From: Amphiscolops sp. MND2022
Lineage: Eukaryota
Reading direction: 5' to 3'
Length of the DNA stretch: 64,000 nt
Assembly: GCA_964187785.1 (NCBI GenBank)
Contig: OZ076409.1
Coordinates: 83,702,001 to 83,766,000 of the forward strand
In this document: one piece after another, positions 25,221 to 36,518 of the stretch
Layout of the letters: each line of letters opens with the position of its first letter
Position numbering within the stretch: the stretch's first letter is position 1
Position numbers and translations under genes: made by a program
The notes under the pieces: generated by a model
Databases searched by the model: none
What the model was told of the DNA's origin: nothing
The model's input: the letters and a program-made list of their open reading frames with translations, nothing else

Positions 25221-26267
25221 TTAAATCTTGATTATTTGAATTGTAAATGTTAATGTCTCCCCGTTGAAATCAACTGGGTTATGATTGTTATCCTCAAGGA
25301 AAAATTGAATACTATCTAACCTTGTTTTGTTTATTTTTTTATACAAAATAATATTGGGTTCTTTTATAATTTTATATCCAGTAGGAGCACTAAGATTAAA
25401 AGAAAATAAAATTTGTTCTCGTATACCATTAACAATTGAACCATCTACGCAGTCGCATTTAAGATGAACTTTGTCTGTGGTTGTTATCATAACTGGTTTT
25501 TCTGATATATGAGTTCCTGCTGGATATTCCTTGTTTGTAAACCCTAATAGTTTATTTAATTCTGAATTAAAATATATACCACTAGCAGTTGTTAAAACTG
25601 ATTTCATTGATATTGTATCTGCTTCTATGTTGAGTTTAAAGTCAGTACTACCACCAGGCAAAGTACAACATTTAATAAGTTTCGCTGGATGGTATTATTT
25701 ATATCAACTAATTCATATGCTCCTGGTGGTAGTTCTATTTCAATGGAATCAGTTACAGATCCAATTCCAGAAATAACAATTGGTTTATCTTTAATGTGCA
25801 AAGCACCTTCGGTATTCTGATTAATTTGATCAATTATTTTCATCAAATAATCATAATCTGTTTTAGTAATAGTCTTAATTTCAGCATTATCATTAACTAT
25901 AAGTTTTTTAATTTTTTTCTATATCACCAGAGGTTTTATATAAATACTCAACATTTGTTACTAATTGAGTGTCAACATCATTTTCTTTTAACATTTTTTC
26001 TGTATAAAGAAGTTTAAATTTATTGTTCTTCTCAGTAATGTTATAAACTGTATTATATACTTCTAAACTTGTTACTCCCATCATCCATTGTTCTGGTAAG
26101 TCTAGTGGAATATCAAATGAAAAAGATTCTTTTTGTTTCTTCATTTTAAATTCTAAAGTTTCTTGTGGTTTGGATAAGGTATTTTCAACAATATCCAAAT
26201 TAGATTTTGCAATACTCAATAAAAGAGATTCTTTTTTATCATAGGTTACAAATTTTAATAGATCCAT
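25221..26267 (-). pseudogene. Minor capsid (penton-like) protein of Polinton A (frameshifted)
   Basis: WMMGVTSLEVYNTVYNI, IELPPGAY, and C-terminal KVHLKCDCVDGS...PVDFNGETLTFTIQI spread over three ORFs. Confidence 0.8.
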
Positions 26268-26270
26268 TTA

Positions 26271-26456
26271 TCAAGAGAAAAATTGTTTGAATCCACTCGC
26301 GGATATCTTATTTTTAAATTCTTGGTTTTGTTTTGATAATTTCTTTTTTGAATTATTACCGAAGGAGCTTTGCTTGTGAATATTATTATTATTATTTTCA
26401 TTCTCTGGCTTTTGAATAACTTTGAATCGAGCTGAATAATTATTAATTTTCTTCAT
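26271..26456 (-). CDS. Small basic hypothetical protein of Polinton A
   Basis: 61-aa ORF filling the gap between protease and penton genes; TAAATG start like its neighbours. Confidence 0.5.
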   Translation of the reverse strand: MKKINNYSARFKVIQKPENENNNNNIHKQSSFGNNSKKKLSKQNQEFKNKISASGFKQFFS

Positions 26457-26463
26457 TTAGGAA

Positions 26464-26859
26464 TTATAAATTTTGGTAGTATAAATTTAAAACTGCATTT
26501 TTGAAGCCAATTATATTTGTGAGATACAACACATACAAACAATAAGCTGCACAATAACTGTCGTCTTTCTGGATTTGATATTCTGAATAGATACCATTAT
26601 TAATTTGTTTTGTTATATTTAGTGGTGGTGGACAGCCATATGAATCGAAATAGTTTTGGTTTGTAAACATAACCCAATGTGTTCCTTTAGTTGGATGTAA
26701 GTTAACTATACCACTGGTAGTGTTAAACTTATCATCTCTCATATATATTCCACACGATGTGTTCATGAGTTTTAAGATTTCTTTTATTTCTACATTGGAA
26801 GTTGCTTCATTTTTTAATCCATATTTATTAACAAATTCTTTGAATGATAAATAATTCAT
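26464..26859 (-). CDS. Adenain-like cysteine maturation protease of Polinton A
   Basis: His/Asp/Gln/Cys motifs GTHWV, YFDSYG, QKDDSYCAAYC. Confidence 0.92.
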   Translation of the reverse strand: MNYLSFKEFVNKYGLKNEATSNVEIKEILKLMNTSCGIYMRDDKFNTTSGIVNLHPTKGTHWVMFTNQNYFDSYGCPPPLNITKQINNGIYSEYQIQKDDSYCAAYCLYVLYLTNIIGFKNAVLNLYYQNL

Positions 26860-26899
26860 TTAATAGTTATTTTTCCATGATTATATCTTGGTCAATGAA

Positions 26900-27178
26900 T
26901 TTTCCATTAGAAAAACTTGTTCATTGATTTTTATTTTGTTAATTTTTCAGTTGTGAAAAATGACTAATTTTTAGATGGTTTGCCTTGGTTATTTTTTTAC
27001 AGTTAGTTGTGAAAAAAACGTTGATTTTTTTTAAAAATAATCAACTTTTTTTTAAAAAATATATTCGACTGGCCCGAATTCCCGATTCGTTTGGTATTCA
27101 TAATTTTTAAAAAAATAATCAACATTTTTATTTAAAAAAAATATTTGACTGGTCCGAATCGGGAATTCGTATACTACT
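26900..27178 (-). repeat. Right TIR of Polinton A
   Basis: Reverse complement of 13268-13547. Confidence 0.95.
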
Positions 27179-27727
27179 CTCGAAAATCAAAAAATTTACG
27201 AAAAAATTTTTCGAAAAAATTACATACTCAAAAAAATGTATATACGAGAACCTGACGCGCTGAAAGGGGGACACTTTCGAAATTGTCAACATTTTTGTTG
27301 CAGTTGAAGGGGTTTTGTCGCAAAACATCAAAAAATTGAAGGGGGAAAATTTTCATTTTCGGAAAAAAATCTCACAGTGCCGAAAAAAACTGAAAGGGGG
27401 ACCCTTTGGGATTTTCCAACATCCATTCTGTCGCAAAACATCAAAAAATTGCAGGGGGACCCTTTGGGGAAATTTTTTTTTCGAAAAAAAAGTCTCGCAG
27501 TGCCGAAAAAAATGAAAGGGGGGAGCGTTTGGTCTCGCCCGGTATGGTATGTTGCGCGGAAAAACAGGAAAAACCTTTTTGGTTCAGTTCCCTAGACCAA
27601 ATAGTGCAATTTGGTGCAATAATATTTTGTAGAACTTTTGTAGAACTATTTTGGTCAGTTCGTGTGGATAGAAAATAAAGAGTCACTATAATAGTCGCGT
27701 TTCACTTCATGAAGCGCCGACTAAAAA
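27179..27727 (+). repeat. Right part of the DINE-1/HINE-like repeat hosting Polinton A
   Basis: Internal subrepeats (GGGGACCCTTTGGG; TCTC-CAGTGCCGAAAAAA); ends with an AGTCG...CGACT stem; 27481-27553 is homologous to the reverse strand at about 58270-58340 and 58920-58992. Confidence 0.55.
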
Positions 27728-28954
27728 GTAGAAAACGAGCTATGATCACGAACTCATTCGATTGCTCTTTCATCACATCTGTTCGAGAGTCGGTGTCGAC
27801 CTAAGTTTCACACTTGTAGAAAACGTTAAAAGGTTTGAGCTATTTCGAAAGCGGGAGATGGTCTGAATTTTTCCTCGGTTTATGAAATCATTTCTATTCA
27901 TGACATCAAATGAGAAAAATCAGCCGTTTATCAATATTAAAGAGACCTTTCCCTTCGGTTCTCTTGTGATCACTTGTTTGAATTCGAGTGTTTAAATCAG
28001 AGGAATGATCAGAATTCAAATCAGAGGAATGAAACGATGACAAGCGGTCACTTCTGTAAAACCCGTTCTCAGCTTTTTTGCGCATAATGACAGCAAAAAC
28101 GCGCTATTTTATCTTTCAGTGACTGATAATAGCTATTATCTAAATTTAGCTGAAAAAATATATAAAGCAACGTAGATTTAGGTTTTCTTGGTTGATAGAA
28201 AGAGCTGAGAACAGCTAAAATCGACGACTCTTTCACAGCTCAAAGAACTCAAATTGTTCTAATAACGCTCATGGTCGTTATTTATTTAAAACCTGGAATG
28301 TCTCAAGGCCGGCAATTTTTCAAAAGGAATTCTTTGTCGCTTTTGTGAAAATGAAAAAAACTTCGAAAAAAAGTTTCACAGTGTCGAGAAAACGATTAAG
28401 GCTGTTTGTGCCAATCAGCAGCGTGGAAATGTTCAACATGCGTACTAGTCATGCCCACACGACAATACAGAACCACAAACAAAATCGGACAATTTTGAAA
28501 CTTTGAAACAACAAAGGGAAAAACAACACTTTGAACATGAAAAATAAAGTGAAAAAAACTTGTAATTGTTATACTTGCGCCTTTTTTCGAAAAGCACCAA
28601 CAATTTTTTCTTTTCTGGGTTTTATTATTCCATCTCAATGAAATTACATAAGATAGTCAATCAAACTTACTTGAGTTGATACTTTTTGCGCCAAAGTTTC
28701 TTAGATAGTATCTACCAAATGAATTAGATTCTCGATTTCATTTTTTGTTGTTTTAATTTTGGGAAAGAAACCTTGATGATGTTGAAAGTTCCACCGTTAC
28801 ACTTTTGGTACTTAGAGACTGTGGAATCGCTAAACAATTCAATTTCCTCAGTCTGTTCAGGAGTCTTCTTTTTCAGTTGGCGCTTTTCTTTAGAAACACC
28901 TGAAGCAGCCAAAAGAGTTCTAGAAGTTCTTCAATTTTCGGCGAACTTCTCACT

Positions 28955-29020
28955 GCCACTTGGCCTAGTGGTTAACGCGAGTTCTGATAAGCAGGAGTAC
29001 GTGGGTTCGAGTTCCGCACA
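28955..29020 (+). other. tRNA-like Pol III promoter fragment (probable head of a second SINE family)
   Basis: A-box TGGCCTAGTGG and B-box GGTTCGAGTT, but no complete cloverleaf. Confidence 0.5.
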
Positions 29021-30142
29021 AAACATTTTTAAAACGTTAGCAAAAGTATGGTGAGACCTTAGGCACTATACCACGTTTTTTCCAGAAATTTCGTCAATCG
29101 AAGTGATTTCAGTTTTAGCCCACTTTTGATTTATAGCCAGAACAAAGCGTTCTGCAGGCACAGAGGGCAACGTTTGGTTTTTGGGGCACAATGAAACTTA
29201 CCGAAGATTCAAAAACTTTTTGTGGTAAAAATTTTTTCAAATTTTTTTTTGAACCTGCTTTTTGAGGTTTTTTGAGAAGAAAACACTTATCGGAGTCCAA
29301 AGGTTGAATTCGTTGATTTTATGGTCCTGTGGAATGGGTGAGTCGTTTTCCGCAAACACAGTCCATACTAGTTTGATTAACTTTAGCACAGTCATTCTAC
29401 ACCCGAAAGTGCTCTTGCGTGCGCAAGGGCATCAAAATCGTAAGGCTGGGACGTGAGAAACACAGCCAAAATTAGACCAGAAATGACGAAAAAGCAGCCA
29501 ATCTTGGACTTTTAACAATTTTCTCAAAAACTGTCCACACGAATCGAACGAAATTTTATACAGTCATTCTACGCCATACTAGGATCCCACGTGTGTAATA
29601 ACATCAAAAATATAAGACTAGGATATGAGAAACATAGCCAAAATTACTGAAGAGAATCCTGCGACAAAGTAACAAAGTACGTACTTTGTTTTCCAACATT
29701 TTTCAAACGTTTTTTAATCCGTTTTCGACTCCTTTAGGGCACATGCGGCTCTGGTCTTGAAATGTTTTTTGTTTTTGTAGTTCAAGGTGAGAAAAAGTGA
29801 TTTTCGTGTCTTGGGGTCATGCGTTTATCATGGGTTTTTTTTCGCCACTTATAAATTGATAAAGCTGTAACAATGGTGTCATTTGCATATTTAATAAATT
29901 TGGTTTTTTGAAACTTGAGTGGGCGCCGACTTCGGACCAATCGAGGCTTGTTTTGGTTTGAAGCAGGATTCCATTCGGGCCGTTTCCGTTTTTTAGTCGG
30001 CGTTTTCGTAGAAAGAGATGACTATAGTTGTGGCTGTTTTTTCAACACAGACGAAGTGATAGATTTTATAAGCTTGATAGGCTGTTGGCTACTGGACAAT
30101 CTATATACTAAATTTGAGCTGTAAAAAGTTATAAGAAGCTCC

Positions 30143-30194
30143 AGAAGAATACAACTGCAAATAAACCAGGTACTAATAACATTTATGAACCAGT
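30143..30194 (+). repeat. Left TIR of Polinton B
   Basis: Reverse complement of 53180-53231 with 2 mismatches. Confidence 0.93.
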
Positions 30195-30329
30195 TAACAT
30201 TAGGACTATTAAACTATGAAAAGAACTAACCAGAGATAGATTGATTGACGGATAAAGTAAAGACGAGGACGATAATAGTTGTAGAAAAAAGTACAAAAAT
30301 AGGCTTTTTCAGGGAGGCAGGCGAAGGAG

Positions 30330-31079
30330 CTATTGCCATGGGCAGCTCCAGAAGTCCTTGTCTTGCTCACAAATTGCCTCAATGTGGCGAGCAGCCTGCG
30401 TGAGTTCTACAGCAGTAAAACCTGTAATTACGCCCAGGAGACGTGGGAACTTGATCCCCAACTTGTAAAAACGTTTCGCTTCGGAAACCTTACTTTTTCT
30501 GAAGGAAACTGAAAATTTTTTTATTTCCTCCACAATCACTCTAACTTTTCGGGAACCTATCCTCTGCTGTATTATCTCCACTATTATTTTGCCTATCGCA
30601 AATAGCTGAGGGATAAGCCCTTTGTCCCGCAAGCTGTCCAATTCTCGGAGGTTTTCGCAGATTCTCTCCATATTTGAGCGCTCTGCGAAGAGGCTTTCAT
30701 CCAGCGGACTAACTACAATGGGGGTCACGCCCATCACCGCTACCGAAAGTCGAGCTCTCTTTTCCGACTCCGAGAACTGCACTTTTCGTTTTTTGGCAGA
30801 CGAAGGACCAGCTGTAGCAGGGGAAGTTGGGGTGCTCTCCACACCGATGGGTGAAAAGACACCAAACTCAGACAGCGAAAAGGCAGGGGAAACTAGTTGA
30901 GGCGTTGCTGGCAATCTGTTAATGAGTGCAGGAAGGCACCCAACTCTGGCAGAGTGGTTCGCGATGTTGTTGATACTTGAAAGCGACCTTTCAAGTACCG
31001 AAAGCTGTCTCTGAGACAGCAACCCCTCCGACGAAGCTGCTCTACACGAGCGAAGAGACTCAGCTAATCTTTGCGGCAA
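30330..31079 (-). CDS. Hypothetical protein of Polinton B, probably a terminal exon
   Basis: 249 open codons with no early ATG, directly preceded by GTTTTTTGTTTAG; NLS-like KKRK. Confidence 0.6.
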   Translation of the reverse strand: MPQRLAESLRSCRAASSEGLLSQRQLSVLERSLSSINNIANHSARVGCLPALINRLPATPQLVSPAFSLSEFGVFSPIGVESTPTSPATAGPSSAKKRKVQFSESEKRARLSVAVMGVTPIVVSPLDESLFAERSNMERICENLRELDSLRDKGLIPQLFAIGKIIVEIIQQRIGSRKVRVIVEEIKKFSVSFRKSKVSEAKRFYKLGIKFPRLLGVITGFTAVELTQAARHIEAICEQDKDFWSCPWQ

Positions 31080-31324
31080 CTAAACAAAAAACATGTAAAC
31101 AAGAAATACGTACAATTCAATCAATAGACAAAACTTGAAGATACAGAAAGCTGCACCAAGTAGCTGACACATTATTATTAATTTTAAAAACACTTTTTGT
31201 ACAAATCACGGGCATGTATCAAAAATTAGTGCTGATGAATCGCAAAATGTCTTCTTCTGTGGCATAAGCTGGAAAAGTGGAAAACTCTAATAAAGTGTTA
31301 TTTGTTTTCAATGATTGCTTAGTC

Positions 31325-31702
31325 CTATAAAAAAAAATGAGCAATATAAACACAGTATATGCCACAGAGTTGACTTTCAACGGGTTGTAACATGGTCGAA
31401 GCTGGTATATATTGATGAATTTTTTGTTTGGTCGACTTTGTCCATTCGTTCACTTTGTTGTATATTACTCCAAAAAACTGCTCAAAGTCTCGACCGAAGC
31501 TGTCATACAGTAAAATACTGTCGTTTTTTGAAGCTATAAGTAGCCAATGTTCCCCTGGTTGGTTGGAGGCATCCGTATTAACAATAACAAACTGATTTGG
31601 CGACAATTTAGGGAAGGTGTCTCGTGAAAAACATCCTCGGAACTTGAATTTCAGCAACGGGTCTTTGTTGATTAGGTCAGTCAATTGGGTGTTGTCAACC
31701 AT
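31325..31702 (-). CDS. Adenain-like cysteine protease of Polinton B
   Basis: IVNTD, GEHWL, LYDSFG, LQPVESQLCGIYC; ATG overlaps the end of MCP; the 3' end may be frameshifted at an A-run. Confidence 0.92.
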   Translation of the reverse strand: MVDNTQLTDLINKDPLLKFKFRGCFSRDTFPKLSPNQFVIVNTDASNQPGEHWLLIASKNDSILLYDSFGRDFEQFFGVIYNKVNEWTKSTKQKIHQYIPASTMLQPVESQLCGIYCVYIAHFFL

Positions 31703-33032
31703 TGTAAATGCTCGAATTCTTGATAACTTCCCGATTGCGATCGACCAGCACGACGGAACGCCTTTCACCCAACACAATGAGACCAATTGGTTTTGAAACA
31801 GCTTTTGAAAACTTGAGCTCCAGCCCCAGTCGTGCGCCAGTGAGTTCTGGACGAATTGTGTTGTCTTCTATATGATAATCGGCAGTGAGTTTGAACACGA
31901 GACAGAAATGATTGCCAAAGTTGTCTAAGGTTATTCCATTCCCTCCATGCTCAAAGCCTAAAGATTTGAGCGTGTTATAGTATGAACGAACCAAATTGTC
32001 GTTCAAGTGCATCGGTGTTGCGCCAACAAGCGCTCCTTCGCGGTTCAAGCGAACTACTTCAAGATCCATTTGTTGAAAATGGAAAGGATTCGTCTCAAAA
32101 TTCCCACTGAAACTTGTTTCGGGAACCATGAACTAAAATATTCGACTGATGGGGGCACGATTGAAAATGTCATCTCGGTAATACATTGTTACTCCAGAAG
32201 AAATGAGGAATGATTTTGGAACTGTTTCTCGAAAGTCATAATGAGCTGCTTTCCTCGACAACATTCATTCAATTGTCAAGTAAGTTTCGTTTTTTAACTC
32301 TAGCTTGCGTACTAGTAGCGAGGCACTGACAATTTGAATAGAAAAATCGCCTTGTGAGTCTTTCGAAGCATTGCTGTGTATCATAACAAACTGATCCGGC
32401 GCTCGATATAGTTTGACTCGTACCTCAACTCCAGGCAGCAAGAACTTGTGGTTGTCTGCTAGGAAGCTATCAGCAAGCCGCCCATATAAACTCCACTTTG
32501 ACGAAAGTTTTTCCCCGAGCTTTTTACGGTTGGAAAATGCTTCATCTGACACGTCACCAGGATTATCTTCAAACTGATATCCCTGGCAACGCAACCAGCC
32601 CTCTTTACAGGAAGCGTTATGCGACAGTTCTGCCTCGACCAATGCCTTGTAGGGATATAAATTGTTTGCTGAAGATACAGGTGCTCCGTTCAAAGAAATT
32701 TCTACGTTCTGAAACAGACTATGCATCAAATTGTTGACAAAAACGGGTTTCTTGTCTATTTCAAAGTCTGCATCAGTTTCTTTTCCGGTATACTTCATTT
32801 TGACATCGAGTTTCAAAAACAAATTGACCAAATCTATCACTGTGCCACCAATATCAGTCGTGGATCCCTGGAAGTCAAATTCCAACACGGGGCCGTCAGC
32901 ACTGTTGGGGGTGAATACTTCTTCATGATATCCTCGCTGAAAGTCGACTAGTATGTCGAATGCCCCAAATAAAGACAAACCGGAGTGCATTCCCGGTGTC
33001 GGTGGTTCTGAGTAAATAAATGTCTCGGGCAT
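31695..33032 (-). pseudogene. Double jelly-roll major capsid protein of Polinton B (two in-frame stops)
   Basis: GPVLEF, VNNLMHSLFQNVEISLNG, NLYPYKALVE, LLPGVEVRVKL, NPFHFQ, LELKFSK; same frame across TGA at 32265 and TAG near 32133. Confidence 0.9.
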
Positions 33033-33144
33033 TTGGTAAAATGAAACACGAGAAACTACTAATAGTAAAAAGATGAATACCAAAGGCAATTGGTCAGCAA
33101 AGTAAATGTTTCAAGTGCATCAAATTGTTTCTGTATAGGGTTAG

Positions 33145-33688
33145 TTATGCGTGATCAACAATGGATGCAAAAAAGTCTTGACGACTTCTTTTTTTATTTT
33201 TTTTTCTTGTGGCGTTTACCAGCTGGTTCCTGGGAGCGTTTCCTCTTAAATGTTTTCTTCGATTTTTTCGAAGATGTGCGTTTTCGAAACCGACGATTTG
33301 ACTTATTTGATTTTGCATACGATGGTCTTTTTTTCTTTGATGTCTTTTTTCTCTTGTTTTTTGACGCGGGTTTCCTCTTTGTCCTTCTCCGACCACCTCC
33401 AATCTGCTGACGAATGGTCTTTTTGACGGCATTTTTCATGGCAGTTTTCGACTTCGTAGTCCCATCTAAAATATTGAGGACTTCAGGTGCAGCTTGCGTC
33501 AGAAACGATTTGGCCACAGGAAGGCCATACCGTTTGACCATAGGTATCACAAAACCTCTAAGACCGGCTTTAATTGCTGCACCTATGCCACTGCCATACT
33601 GTCGATATGGTGATCCTTGGAAATAATTCACATTCGTGGGATGTACTCGGTTGTGATTGGAAAAGGAACCTGATGATGTTCGAGACAT
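33145..33688 (-). CDS. Basic core/membrane-active virion protein of Polinton B
   Basis: FQGSPYRQYGSGIG, amphipathic helix, QIGGG then a long R/K tail; probably frameshifts at an A-run near 33195 into the ...RQDFF ending. Confidence 0.75.
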
Positions 33689-33869
33689 TGGGTTCGACCA
33701 GGTTTATAGGGGAGGCAACTGATATTTTCTTTTAGGAGTTGCTCTAAAAACTCAAAGAGAGACCAAGAATTCCACATACAACTGTTTTGGGGCAAACGAT
33801 TTCGGAAAAATGGAAAGAGATAATTCGCATAGTGTAAAAAAATTGTTACTTAAAAAAACAAAAGAAAGC

Positions 33870-34699
33870 TCAGTTTTTCCGACGAAAGCAAAAGGTGACA
33901 GTCGTGCGGCCGACACCAACGAAAGGCACCAAATCTCCTGTGTCGGTGCGCAATTCAATGAGTATGTCAATCAGGTTCTTTCTGGAAACATTTTTGAATG
34001 TTGGGTTGGGGAAGGACACAAAGCAGCAGGCGCCATACCCGAAGGAGCCTCCAGGTTTCTCTTCCTCCTCCTTTGGTGGCATTTGTTGTGGGTTGAATAG
34101 AGGAAATGTGTTTAGGAGTGGAGCTCGACTATTGCCAACAAATTGTTGCTCAATAAAGTCCCCGTACACGTATACTTGATGGCAATGATGAATGTCTACA
34201 GGAAAGTATGATGGCATGTCATGATAGAGGGGTGGATGCTTCCAAGGAGTTGTAACCTGCTTACATCCGAGAATGTGAAAGAGATCGGGGGACATGGCAG
34301 CAAACCTGACGGTATCTGGATAATTCAATTCAAACTTGCCCGCAATGTCGATTTTCCAACTGGAATACTTTTTAACGCTTCTTTGTTCCACACCCCCCGT
34401 GCATAGTGAATGCCTCTGTTCATCTCTTCAACAATCTGTTCAATGTCTGTGTAGACGCCCCTCCCAAACTTGCAATTTTTTATCCATTTTTTTCCACCCA
34501 CATGGTAATAGAAGTCAAAAGTGGACTCTCTCACATTGTAAATTTTTCGAGGATAGGTAATCTCTGTCATTCCGACTTCCCATTTTCCATCCAGCTCAAT
34601 GGTTGTAGGTAAACATGTTCTGAAAGACGCCAATGTATTGGAGGGATACACATCTGAGGACGCGTTAGATGAGAGAGTAACAGTGAAATTGTCGGTCAT
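33870..34699 (-). pseudogene. Minor capsid (penton-like) protein of Polinton B (frameshifted)
   Basis: FTVTLSSNAS...YPSNT...WEVGMTEITYP and VYVYGDFIEQQFVGNSRAPLL...IELRTDTGDLVPF. Confidence 0.9.
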
Positions 34700-34805
34700 T
34701 GTCTTCACACTTTTTTAGTTGAAACGGTGATTGAAAATTGACTTTGGGTAGGCAAATAGCATGTACTTGGTGATTACTGAATTGCTAAGGTTATCGGATT
34801 CACTT

Positions 34806-35831
34806 TCAAAAAGATTGGAACAAAATTCTTTGATGACGCGACCGACTGCGATCTTGTAAATAATTGAAATGAGTAAGCTCGGGCTGATAGAATCGGCCTA
34901 AGATAGGTTCATTGTCAGAATCAAGCAGTTTGTATGTGACAGGACCCTTCTTGTACTGATGTACCTTGACAATTTTGAATACTTCACTCGTGTATTGTTG
35001 CTTATATCCTTTGCCGAATGGCATAACTTTGAGCGCGATACGAACACGATCCCCTACCTTGAAACGTTTAGCAGCCTGGTTGGTCTTCGTTTCTAACTTG
35101 GCTGTTTGCAGAGCGAGCAACTTTGGAACGTGTCGTTGTGTAACTTGACTCGCTGCCATGCTAATGGATCGGTTATACCTGTTATTAACCAATTCAACAA
35201 ACCTTTGCAAAAGTAAGATGTATCTGAAAGTTCGACGCTCTTCGAAAAATTTGTATAGGAGTGATTTCAGGGTTCGTATGTATCTTTCAGCCATGCAACT
35301 TTTGGTCTCACTGTAACTGTGATAAATTTCTATAGCGCTGTTGGAACAATATTTTGCGAATTCACCTTGAAATTCTTTGCCTTGATCAACCCAAATTATG
35401 ATTGGAAAATCAAGTTTGTCAAAATTGATCATTTTTTTCAGTGCAGAAGTGGCAGCATTTGATGTCTTGTCTTTCAAGGGTTGCACTCGAGTTTTTCGAG
35501 AGAGAACATCAACTGCGAAAAGCAAGTATTTGTAACCATCTATGAACTTTTGCAGTTTTTCCATGTAAGCAACATCAAGGGACCAAATATGATTGTTTCC
35601 GAGGGCTATAACAGGGAGCCGCTGAAAACGTCGGCGTGAAGGTTTGAATTTTGTATAAGTTGGTGAGCTTTGTAGGTAAGCCAAAACTTTTTTTCTCGGT
35701 AGGCCCCTCGCTTTCACCAAGTTCTTAACACTACCGAAAGCAGCAGGATTTGAAGGAGAAGTGTATATACCATGAAGTTTTCTATATTCCGTTTCCGACA
35801 ATGGTCGGTCATCTGATTTTGATGGAGTCAT
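34806..35831 (-). CDS. int: Retroviral-like (rve) integrase of Polinton B
   Basis: WSLDVAYM, IWVDQGKEF, AERYIRTLK, FKVGDRVRI; ATG overlaps the upstream TGA (TGATG). Confidence 0.95.
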   Translation of the reverse strand: MTPSKSDDRPLSETEYRKLHGIYTSPSNPAAFGSVKNLVKARGLPRKKVLAYLQSSPTYTKFKPSRRRFQRLPVIALGNNHIWSLDVAYMEKLQKFIDGYKYLLFAVDVLSRKTRVQPLKDKTSNAATSALKKMINFDKLDFPIIIWVDQGKEFQGEFAKYCSNSAIEIYHSYSETKSCMAERYIRTLKSLLYKFFEERRTFRYILLLQRFVELVNNRYNRSISMAASQVTQRHVPKLLALQTAKLETKTNQAAKRFKVGDRVRIALKVMPFGKGYKQQYTSEVFKIVKVHQYKKGPVTYKLLDSDNEPILGRFYQPELTHFNYLQDRSRSRHQRILFQSF

Positions 35832-36474
35832 CAGGGATGTTGCGATCTTTGTTGATGCACGTTTCTGTTTATAATGTGACTCAAACAATTTCTGTTCACA
35901 ATGAGGTTTCTGGCAAGCTGAACAGAATTGTGACTTGTCGCGGGGAACAATAAGATGAGTACTAGAAAATAACTTTCAGGAACTCTCTTCTGATAAATTT
36001 GCAAGTCACGGAGAAATGTTAAAATGTCTAAAGTTGTGTCCGTAGAACGACCGGTATACTCCTCAACTGAGCCGCTGGCTGACGATAAGTTGAACGAAGA
36101 TATCGATGTGTTGAAGGTGATTTCTTCACACTGGATAAGTAGGCTCAAAATTCCTTGTATCCTGGTTTTTCGAGTCGACATAGCGGTTTTTTCTTCAATC
36201 GCTCGATGCCTTTTTTTCACAGGCAACCCTTGACCTTCAACAGAGTTTGCCACGTCCTGCAGCCAAGTTGTTGCAGCTGGATTGTCTGTAGTACTACGTG
36301 ATGACGCAATTTCTTTTTCAATTACTTTTGCTGAGTTGCTCACTGTTTTCGAAGGATTCTTTTTAAACTCAATGCAGCATCGTCAACACGCGCTGTTGAT
36401 TGCTCCGATTTGTAATTATACTGGTTAATAAGTTTTTCATAAATTGACAAAGGTATGAGGACAAATTCTTCCAT
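35831..36474 (-). pseudogene. Polinton accessory protein upstream of integrase (frameshifted)
   Basis: Starts MEEFVLIPLSIYEKL; ORFs 36340-36522 and 35831-36343 overlap out of frame. Confidence 0.55.
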
Positions 36475-36518
36475 TGACCATTTAAGGAATTGAGGAAATG
36501 GCGATGGAGGACGCTCAA

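Larger units (their letters stand above)
13268..27178. mobile_element. Polinton/Maverick endogenous virus A, full length (13.9 kb)
   Basis: Ends AGTAGTATACG...CGTATACTACT; TSD CTCGAA at 13262-13267 and 27179-27184; PolB, MCP, integrase, two ATPases, minor capsid and protease genes. Confidence 0.97.
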
